Of a stretch of 63,380 nucleotides of DNA, positions 7,596 through 15,196 are shown one piece after another. The first letter of the stretch is position 1; each line of letters opens with the position of its first letter. The position numbers and the translations under genes are program-made. The notes under the pieces were generated by a model. That model saw only the letters and a list, made by a program, of their open reading frames with translations, was not told where the DNA came from and did not search any database. The DNA comes from Planctomycetota bacterium (GTDB lineage: Bacteria > Planctomycetota > UBA1135 > GCA-002748355): assembly GCA_002685965.1 (NCBI GenBank), contig NYZE01000009.1:2882-66261 (forward strand), in the 5' to 3' direction.

Positions 7596-10300
7596 AACGT
7601 CTGCTTCTCTTTGCGCTAGCGCTGGCGACTTGTCTCTCGGCGCAGCAGCAAACCGTGATTCGAGCTGGCCGCCTCCACGTAGGTGACGGCCGCGTGCTTG
7701 AGAACACGCGCGTGCGCATCCAGGACGGCCGCATCATTGCCATCGAGAAGGACCAAGGACCGCTACCCACCGGCGTCAAGCTTCTGGACCTGCGCAAGCA
7801 GACGCTGATCCCCGGTCTCGTCGCGACGCACACGAGCCTCGCCGCGTTGGACCAGGCGCCCAACGTGTCTCCCGATGTCATCGCGGCCGACCAGTTCGAC
7901 TTCTACAAGAAGTACCCGCGGCTGGTCGCGTCGGGACTGACGACTGTCTACCTCGCGCCGGGCAAGGCGCGGCTCGTGCCGGGTCAAGGCTCGGTCGTGA
8001 AACTGGCCGGCAAGAACCCGGGCACGCGCCTGCTCAAGGAAGGGTCGGCGCTGCACTTCAACCTGCTGCCGGCCTCGCGCCGCTCGATCCCAGCGATCTT
8101 CGAGCCGACTCCGGAGCCAACGTCCGACGACCCGCTGAAGGCGGCACGCCGGCAACGCGGCGCCACGCGGCACAGCCAGATCGCCGTACTCGAGCGGGTG
8201 TTCGACGAAGCCCGCGATGCCGAGCGAACCGAAGGTGGCGAAGGCAAGCGGGCCTACGACCTGACCGCCCTGCGTTCGGTGATGCGCCGCGAGCTCCCGA
8301 TTCGACTCGCGGCATGGACCGCAGCCGACCTCGCGACCGGGCTCGATCTCGTTCGCGAACTCGGCGGCACCGCGATCGTCGAACAGCTGGCGCAACCGCT
8401 GCCGCTAGCCTCACGATTGGCCAAGGAAGGCGTCGCAGCCGTACTGCAAATGCCACTAGAACCAGCGCGCGCAGAGCGTGGCGACTGGCGGCGTGGTGAC
8501 GAGCGGACGCCGCGGCCGACGCCCGATGCGCCCGGCAAACTCGCCAACGCAGGCGTGCGCGTCGCGATCGTGCCACCGACCGACAACGACCTCGATAAGC
8601 TGCGCCTGCTCGCCGGGCTGGCCTGCCGCTGGGGCATGCAGGACAAGGACGCGCTCGCGGCCGTGACCGCGGAAGCGGCGCGGATCCTCGGTGTCGCCGA
8701 TCGCGTAGGCTCGATCGAAGTCGGCAAGGATGCCGACTTCGTCGCGCTGTCGGGGCCGCCGTTCGATGCGCGCAGCCTCGTCGAGCGCGTGATCGTCGAC
8801 GGCTCGACGGTATTCAAGCGTGAACGGCCAAGCGTGCCGTTCGCGATCCGCGCCAAGCGCATCCTCGTAGGTGACGGCACGGCGCACCACGACGCGATGA
8901 TCGTCGTCGCCAACGGCAAGATCGTCGACGTTGGCGCCCACGCCTACGTGCCGGCGGGTTCGGACATCGTCGACGCCGGTGACGCGGTCATCGTGCCCGG
9001 CTTCGTCGCCGCTGCGTCCAAGCTCGGCTTGCACGGCGACACGAAGGCCCGCTTCGCGACTGCGACGACGGTCGACGTCGCCGGCGCGCTCGATTACGAC
9101 GATCCCGCGTTCCGACACGCACTGAAGGCAGGCGTCACGACTCTGTTCGTGACCCCTGGCGACCAAGGGTTGGTCGGACCGCGTGTCTGTGCGGTCAAGA
9201 CCCATGGTAACAAGGACAACTTCGTGGTCCGCAGCGTCACCGCACTGCGCCTGACGCTGTCGGCTGGCGGCGATGCCGGCAAGAAGCAGCTACTCGGCGC
9301 CATCAAGAAGGCCCGCGACTACATCACGCCACCCAAGACGGCAGTGAAGAAGCCAACACCGAAACCGACCGCCACCAAAGAAGATCTCGATCCGATCACC
9401 GGCAGCTGGGAGGGCACGGTAAGTGGCGGCCCGCTGCCGACACCGTCGCCCTTCGACTGCGAGATGAAACTCGAGGGCGACACCGTCAACGCGACGTTGG
9501 TGACGCAGGCGATTCCGGTGCCGATCACGTTCAAGGGCACATGGGACAAGGCCAAGAAAGAGCTGGCCATGAAAGGCGACACGCCGCTCGGCGAAATCAC
9601 CTGCAACGGAACGCTCGTCGGAGTGACCCTGTCCGGGACCATCGCGAGCGCACAAGGGACCTTGCAGTTCACGATGACTCGCGCCAGTGCCGCGGTCGCC
9701 AAGAAGGCCACGAAGAAGGACGAGACCAAGAAGAAGAACGAAGCCCTCGAGCCATGGCGCCCGGTCCTCGCCGGCGACGCGCCGGTCGTTGTCCGCGTCA
9801 GCAGCGACACGGCGGCCTTGGCGGCGATCGCCGCCGTCGCAGTCGAGAGCAAGCTCAAGCTGGTGCTCGCAGGCAGTCCATTGATGCTCGTGCAGAAGGG
9901 CGTGCGTCCACCGAAGGGCACGCCGGTCGGATTCCTGATCGCGACCAACGAGGTCCTCCACGAGTCCAAGGGCAAGAAGCGCAACCTCGCGCAGGAGCTG
10001 GCGCAGCTCGGCTTCGAGGTTGTGCTCGTAACGCGCGCCCAGTTGGGCACGCGTTACCTCCCAGTGCATGCGGCTTGGGCCGTGGCAACGGGTTTCGATG
10101 CACGCAGAGCACTGCAAGCCATCACCGGCACGCCAGCAACCTGCTTCGGCCTCGGTGACCGGATCGGCCGCCTCGTCGAGGGTGCCGATGCAGACTTCGT
10201 GCTGATGTCCAGCGATCCATTCGACCTTCGGTCGCGGATCCTCGGTGTGTGGGTCGACGGCGTCAGGCACGTCGACAACGAGAACAAGGAGGGCCGATGA
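7592..10300 (+). CDS. tandem double amidohydrolase-like protein (two fused modules, HxS and no HxH), secreted
   Basis: GTG 7592 sits in a GTGA overlap, with AAGGAG at 7581-7586. Signal peptide VKRLLLFALALATCLSAQ. Module a has PGLVATHTSLA ... GSIEVGKDADFVALSGPP. Module b has PGFVAAASKLG ... GRLVEGADADFVLMSSDP. A ~100-aa beta-rich insert lies inside module b. Confidence 0.8.
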   Translation: MKRLLLFALALATCLSAQQQTVIRAGRLHVGDGRVLENTRVRIQDGRIIAIEKDQGPLPTGVKLLDLRKQTLIPGLVATHTSLAALDQAPNVSPDVIAADQFDFYKKYPRLVASGLTTVYLAPGKARLVPGQGSVVKLAGKNPGTRLLKEGSALHFNLLPASRRSIPAIFEPTPEPTSDDPLKAARRQRGATRHSQIAVLERVFDEARDAERTEGGEGKRAYDLTALRSVMRRELPIRLAAWTAADLATGLDLVRELGGTAIVEQLAQPLPLASRLAKEGVAAVLQMPLEPARAERGDWRRGDERTPRPTPDAPGKLANAGVRVAIVPPTDNDLDKLRLLAGLACRWGMQDKDALAAVTAEAARILGVADRVGSIEVGKDADFVALSGPPFDARSLVERVIVDGSTVFKRERPSVPFAIRAKRILVGDGTAHHDAMIVVANGKIVDVGAHAYVPAGSDIVDAGDAVIVPGFVAAASKLGLHGDTKARFATATTVDVAGALDYDDPAFRHALKAGVTTLFVTPGDQGLVGPRVCAVKTHGNKDNFVVRSVTALRLTLSAGGDAGKKQLLGAIKKARDYITPPKTAVKKPTPKPTATKEDLDPITGSWEGTVSGGPLPTPSPFDCEMKLEGDTVNATLVTQAIPVPITFKGTWDKAKKELAMKGDTPLGEITCNGTLVGVTLSGTIASAQGTLQFTMTRASAAVAKKATKKDETKKKNEALEPWRPVLAGDAPVVVRVSSDTAALAAIAAVAVESKLKLVLAGSPLMLVQKGVRPPKGTPVGFLIATNEVLHESKGKKRNLAQELAQLGFEVVLVTRAQLGTRYLPVHAAWAVATGFDARRALQAITGTPATCFGLGDRIGRLVEGADADFVLMSSDPFDLRSRILGVWVDGVRHVDNENKEGR

Positions 10301-11700
10301 GGCTTCATCACCTACTAGCCGCGCTGTTGTGCACCGCACCGTTGGCAGCACAGACCGCCGCCGCAAAGGCCACTCCGGCAAACAAGAAGCCGGACGATCC
10401 GCCGCCCTTCAAGATCGACTACGGCAACCGCCCGGCGCCGAAGGACTGCAAGGTCGCCAAGTGGGGTCCTGACGACTACGACTCCCCGGACTACGCCGTC
10501 TACTCCAAAAAGATCCTGACGGTGACCGGCCAGCCGATCATCGACGGCATCGTGCTCGTGCACCGCGGCAAGGTCACGGCCATCGGCAAGCAAGGCGAGG
10601 TCGAGGTGCCCGACGGCTACCAGAAGATCGACGGTGGCGACGGTTGGCTCGTGCCCGGCTTCATCGACCTGCACTGCCACGTGGCGGGTGACGGTTTCGA
10701 CCTCAATGACATGGTCCACCCGACCAACCCGGAGATGCGCACGGTCGACCTCGTGGGTCTCCACCACGATCAGATCAAGCTCGCGATTCAGGGCGGCGTG
10801 ACCTGCGTGCTCTACATCCCCGGTTCGGGCACGAACATGGGTGGCTTCGGCACGCTGACCAAGACCGCCGGCAAGAACGTCGAGGAGGCGCTCGTACGCT
10901 TCCCGGGCAGCCTGAAGATCGCCCAGGCCGGCAACCCTGAGCGCCGCATGGGTGACATGGGCGCTGGCCGCATCGGTATGAACTTCGGGCTACGCTCGAT
11001 GCTGACACGCGGACGGGACTACTACCAAGCGTGGGAGGACTACGACGCCGGCAAGCGCACCGAAAAGCCCAAGTTCCGGGCCGACCTGCATTACCTGCGC
11101 GGGCTGTTCCGTCACGAGTTCCCGTGCAGCGTACACACGCAGATCTACCAGGTGTGCCTTGAGACGTTGCGCTTGCTGCACGACGAACTGGGACTGTGGG
11201 TGTTCATCGATCACGGCACCTTCGATGCCTACCGCATGTCAGGCGAAGCGCGCAAGCGTGGCGTGCCGGTGTGCAACGGGCCGCGCCAGTTCCAACTCGA
11301 CTACGACACCGGCGCGGTGATCGGCAACGCAGCGGCATGGGCGCTGGGCGGCCGGCACGGCTGGGACAAGGACGTCCTTGGCGTCGGTCGTGACGGCATC
11401 TCGATCAACACCGACTCGCCGGTGGTGCCAGAAGAGCAACTGACGGTGCAGGCGGCAATGGCGGTTCGCCTCGGCCTCCCGGACGAGTGGGCGCTGCGCG
11501 GTCTCACGATCAACGCGGCACGCTTCGTCGGTATCGACCACAAGGTCGGCAGCATCACAGTAGGCAAGGACGCCGACATGGTGCTCTGGACAGGGGATCC
11601 GATCGACCCGCGCAGCCACGTGCGCAAGATGATGGTATCGGGGACGATCTACTACGACTGCGATCCAGGTGGCAAGGACCACGGGAAGAGGAGACTGTGA
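10297..11700 (+). CDS. amidohydrolase-family protein 6 (full metal-site motifs), secreted
   Basis: ATG 10297 sits in an ATGA overlap, with AAGGAGGG at 10286-10293. Signal peptide MRLHHLLAALLCTAPLAAQ. Motifs are PGFIDLHCHVAG (HxH at nt 10672-10680), then VHTQ, IDHG, NTDSP and GSITVGKDADMVLWTGDP. Confidence 0.85.
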   Translation: MRLHHLLAALLCTAPLAAQTAAAKATPANKKPDDPPPFKIDYGNRPAPKDCKVAKWGPDDYDSPDYAVYSKKILTVTGQPIIDGIVLVHRGKVTAIGKQGEVEVPDGYQKIDGGDGWLVPGFIDLHCHVAGDGFDLNDMVHPTNPEMRTVDLVGLHHDQIKLAIQGGVTCVLYIPGSGTNMGGFGTLTKTAGKNVEEALVRFPGSLKIAQAGNPERRMGDMGAGRIGMNFGLRSMLTRGRDYYQAWEDYDAGKRTEKPKFRADLHYLRGLFRHEFPCSVHTQIYQVCLETLRLLHDELGLWVFIDHGTFDAYRMSGEARKRGVPVCNGPRQFQLDYDTGAVIGNAAAWALGGRHGWDKDVLGVGRDGISINTDSPVVPEEQLTVQAAMAVRLGLPDEWALRGLTINAARFVGIDHKVGSITVGKDADMVLWTGDPIDPRSHVRKMMVSGTIYYDCDPGGKDHGKRRL

Positions 11701-13160
11701 TGCTCACGCTCCGAGTTTCGCTCGCCCTCGTCGCGGCGCTGTCGGTTCCTTTGCCGGTGACGGCACAGGACAGCGATGTGCTCAAGACTCCGGCCGAGAA
11801 GCTGCTGTCCGAGGCAAAGGCGACGGCATTCATCGGCGTCGACGTCTGGGTCGGGGACGGCAAGAAGAAGCTGACCGGCGTCACCGTGCTCGTCGAGGAC
11901 GGCAAAGTGAAGGAGGTCGGCAAGGACCTTTCGGTGCCGCCATCCTACGAGCGCGTCGTAGGCGGTTGTCTCACGCCAGGCATCGTCATGCTCGGCAGCA
12001 CGGTCGGCCAGTCCGGCTCGCGGCCGGCGGCCGCGAGGTCATTTGTGGTCCGAGGTCGCCGCTTCCGTGGCATGCCGTCGCGCGGCGGCAGTTCGCGCGC
12101 AACCTACACGCCCAACGTGAAAGTCACGTCGAAGCTGCGTCCGATGGACGGCGGCTGGGCTGAGTTCCTCAAGGCCGGCGTGACCACGCACGCGGTCAGG
12201 CCGGTAAAGAGCGGCCTGTCCGGACTCGGCGGCGTCGTGCGCCCGCTCGGTCGCAAGGTCGAAGACATGGTGCTCGCCGACGAGCGCTACCTCTACATCG
12301 GCATGGCAAGCAACACCGCGCACAAGAAGCTCCTCAGGGACAACTTCAAGAAGGCCAAGGAGCTGATCGAGGCGCGCAAGAAGAAACCCGCCGCCAAGAC
12401 CCCGGCCAAGCCAGCTACGAAGCCCGGCGCCAAGCCGACGACGACGCCGAAGGCAGCGACAACGAAGGCGGTGCCGCAGCCCAAGCCGCAGCCCAAGCCC
12501 GGCGGCGACAAGCCGAAGCCGGTACAGAGCAAGCCCACGCAGGCGACACCCACGACGGCTAAGAAGCCGGCCGCACCGAAGAAGAAGCCCGAAGACCCCA
12601 AGCTGGTCGTGCTCGCCAAGGCGATCGAGAAGAAGCTCGCGGTCATGCTGAGCATCAACAGCGGCGGTGACTTGCTTCACGCGCTGGACGCGCTCAGCGA
12701 CACCGACTTCCCGTTGGTCCTCATGCACCAGTTCAGCCGTGGTGCCACAGACACGCCCGACCACATGGTGGCGCAGTTGAAGAAGCGCAAGGTGCGTTGC
12801 GTGCTGTCAGCCGACCTCGGCTACGCCCCCAACACGCGCTACTTCGTCAACCCTATCGCCAAGCTCATGAAGGCCGGCGTCGAGGTCGTGTTGGTGCCGG
12901 GACGGCAACACGAACTCAAAACGCTCTGGTTCCGACTGAACGAACTGGCCCGCGCGGGCATCTCGCGGGCGAAGCTGGTGGAGGCCATCAGCGGTGCACC
13001 GGCCAAGCTCGTCGGCGTACAGAACAGAGTTGGCACGATCGCGAAGGGTATGGACGCCAATCTCCTGCACTTCAGCCGCGATCCATTCAGTCCGGCCACG
13101 CACCTCGTGCGCGTCTACTTCGAAGGACGCGCCGTCAAAGGCGTCTCGACGAAGCACTAA
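11700..13160 (+). CDS. amidohydrolase-superfamily paralogue 7 (HxH lost), secreted, with a ~90-aa Lys/Pro/Ala/Thr-rich linker
   Basis: ATG 11700 overlaps the previous TGA (TGATG), with GGAAGAGGAG upstream. Signal peptide MLTLRVSLALVAALSVPLPVTAQ. Motifs are PGIVMLGSTVG, AGVTTHAVRP...GGVVRPLGRK and GTIAKGMDANLLHFSRDP. The linker is KKKPAAKTPAKPATKPGAKP...KKPAAPKKKPEDPK. Confidence 0.7.
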   Translation: MLTLRVSLALVAALSVPLPVTAQDSDVLKTPAEKLLSEAKATAFIGVDVWVGDGKKKLTGVTVLVEDGKVKEVGKDLSVPPSYERVVGGCLTPGIVMLGSTVGQSGSRPAAARSFVVRGRRFRGMPSRGGSSRATYTPNVKVTSKLRPMDGGWAEFLKAGVTTHAVRPVKSGLSGLGGVVRPLGRKVEDMVLADERYLYIGMASNTAHKKLLRDNFKKAKELIEARKKKPAAKTPAKPATKPGAKPTTTPKAATTKAVPQPKPQPKPGGDKPKPVQSKPTQATPTTAKKPAAPKKKPEDPKLVVLAKAIEKKLAVMLSINSGGDLLHALDALSDTDFPLVLMHQFSRGATDTPDHMVAQLKKRKVRCVLSADLGYAPNTRYFVNPIAKLMKAGVEVVLVPGRQHELKTLWFRLNELARAGISRAKLVEAISGAPAKLVGVQNRVGTIAKGMDANLLHFSRDPFSPATHLVRVYFEGRAVKGVSTKH

Positions 13161-13171
13161 CCGAGAGCATC

Positions 13172-14575
13172 ATGCGATACACGACCCTGTTGACTGCACT
13201 CTGCGCGACGTCGCTCGTCGTCGCCGACCTCTCCGCTCAGCGGCGCCGTGGCCGCCGGGGCGACCGCGGCGGTCCCCCGACCGCCCAGGTCCCGACCAAA
13301 CCGGAGAAGAAGAAGGCAGCGCCGAAGAAGCCCAAGCCTCTCGTCGCCTACACGAACGCGACCGTGCATGTCGGTGACACCACGGTCTACCGGCGCGCGA
13401 CCGTCCTGCTCGAAGGAGACAAGATCTCCGAGGTCGGACCGCAGGTCGAGATCCCGAAGAGGGCGAAGACCATCGACTGCAAGGGGCAGCACATCTGCCC
13501 GGGCTTCTTCATTCTCAAGGGTGTGAACGTCGGCGCTCCGCGTAGCGTGCGCGGCGAGGAGAAGTACGGGGACGGCATCAACCCGTTCCACCCGATGATG
13601 AAGCGGGCGCTCGCGGTCGGCATCACGAGTTACCTGACGATGTCTGCAACGAGCGGCAAAGCGCCGACTGGTTCGTCGGCGGTGATCAAGCTCGTGCCGG
13701 GCTCGATCGAAGGCATCGTGGTCAAGTCGCCGGCGATCCACGCGATGTCAGTGCCGCTCGGACCGGAGGGATGGCGCAAACTCAAGGCGAGCGTCGAGAA
13801 GGCCAAGAAGTACAAGAAGGAACTGGCCGACTACGAGAAGAAAAAGGCCGCCGGCGACAAGGCTGCGAAGAAGCCCAAGGAAGACAAGTCGCTTGCCGCG
13901 CTGCTCTCGGTCATGGACGGCAAGACGAGGCTACAGATCAACTCGTCATCGACACCGATGTTCCGCTCCGGTGGCAGAATGCGCTTCGGCGGATCCGCGA
14001 TGAGCATGCGCGTGCCGCATATCCGTGAGGCGCTGCAGGTCGGCAAGCTCTTTGGTGCCCCGGTCGTGCTCGACAACCCGAGCGAGGCTTGGATCGTCGC
14101 CGACGAGATAGCTGCAGCAAAGGGCGCCTGCGTGCTCCTGCCCCGCTCGCAGGTCGCACCAGATCCCAAGGTCTCCGAGCCAAACGGCTCGACGATCCAC
14201 GCCTGTGCGATTCTGTCCGAAGCCGGCGTGCCAGTCGCCGTCTTGCCCGGTGGCGGCATGTTCGGCAGCGGCATCGGCAACGGCGGGATTCTGGGCCAGG
14301 ATTTGAACACGCCAACACTGGACCCTTGCTTTGCGATCCGCGGTGGCATGGACGCCAAGGAAGCACTGTCCACGATTACGCTCTATCCGGCCATGCTCGC
14401 CGGCGTCGACGACCGAATCGGCTCCCTGGAGGTGGGCAAGGACGCCGACCTCTTGATCCTGGACGGCGACCCGTTGCACTATAAGACCTTCGTACAAACG
14501 GCCGTGGTAAACGGTAAAGTGGTCTACGAGAAGGCCAAGGAGCCCTTCTACCGCCACGTCCGACCGCGGAACTGA
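13172..14575 (+). CDS. amidohydrolase-superfamily paralogue 8 (HxH lost), secreted
   Basis: ATG 13172 lies 11 nt after the previous stop. The signal peptide MRYTTLLTALCATSLVVADLSAQ is followed by a basic RRRGRRGDRGG...KPEKKKAAPKKPKP stretch. Motifs are CPGFFILKGVNVG, EKAKKYKKELADYEKKKAAGDKAAKKPKEDK and GSLEVGKDADLLILDGDP. Confidence 0.75.
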   Translation: MRYTTLLTALCATSLVVADLSAQRRRGRRGDRGGPPTAQVPTKPEKKKAAPKKPKPLVAYTNATVHVGDTTVYRRATVLLEGDKISEVGPQVEIPKRAKTIDCKGQHICPGFFILKGVNVGAPRSVRGEEKYGDGINPFHPMMKRALAVGITSYLTMSATSGKAPTGSSAVIKLVPGSIEGIVVKSPAIHAMSVPLGPEGWRKLKASVEKAKKYKKELADYEKKKAAGDKAAKKPKEDKSLAALLSVMDGKTRLQINSSSTPMFRSGGRMRFGGSAMSMRVPHIREALQVGKLFGAPVVLDNPSEAWIVADEIAAAKGACVLLPRSQVAPDPKVSEPNGSTIHACAILSEAGVPVAVLPGGGMFGSGIGNGGILGQDLNTPTLDPCFAIRGGMDAKEALSTITLYPAMLAGVDDRIGSLEVGKDADLLILDGDPLHYKTFVQTAVVNGKVVYEKAKEPFYRHVRPRN

Positions 14576-14664
14576 CGTCTCTCAAACGACAACCCCGTCA
14601 CGATCCCAGATCCGCGTCCCTGACCCAAGACACCGGGGGAGCCCCCTCAAGGAGCATCCTTAGG

Positions 14665-15084
14665 ATGAACCCAGAGATCATCCGCGAGATCGAAGACATC
14701 CTTCGGTCGATGCGACAGGCCTACAACAACCAGGACATGAAGTCCTACCGCAGCTTCTTCTGGACCAACCCTCGCTTCCTGCACGTCGACTCGTCCGGTC
14801 GGGTCGACAAGGGCTGGGGGGCGTTCGAAGAGGTGCTCGATCAGGAGTTCCGTTATCTCGACAAGGTCGATCTGACGGTGCGTGGGCCCCAGATCCAGGT
14901 GTTTGAGGACAAGTTCGCCGTCGTGTTCGCCGAGTGGCGCTTGGTCACGGTTGACCCCTCGGGACGGGAGCAAGACACGGGCGGTCATGTGACGTATTCG
15001 CTCGTCCGCTTCGGCAAGGACTGGAAGATCGTCAAGACGCACTACGCGAGTCTCGAGCAGGTCCCGAACGAGTCAGGCGGGTAG
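14665..15084 (+). CDS. SnoaL/NTF2-like (DUF4440-like) small protein
   Basis: 139-aa ORF with AAGGAG 11 nt upstream. The pattern MRQAYNNQDMKSYRSFF...FAVVFAEWRLV...VRFGKDWKIVKTH is typical of an NTF2-fold cone. Confidence 0.65.
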   Translation: MNPEIIREIEDILRSMRQAYNNQDMKSYRSFFWTNPRFLHVDSSGRVDKGWGAFEEVLDQEFRYLDKVDLTVRGPQIQVFEDKFAVVFAEWRLVTVDPSGREQDTGGHVTYSLVRFGKDWKIVKTHYASLEQVPNESGG

Positions 15085-15196
15085 AGGGCTTACCTCCGGC
15101 AACTCCCGTCGAGCCAGCGGTCTTCCCAACGCCGGCAAGCAGAGTGATCAAGACCGGCCGTGCGATGCCCCACACCATGGCGACGTCGTAGCCCGC

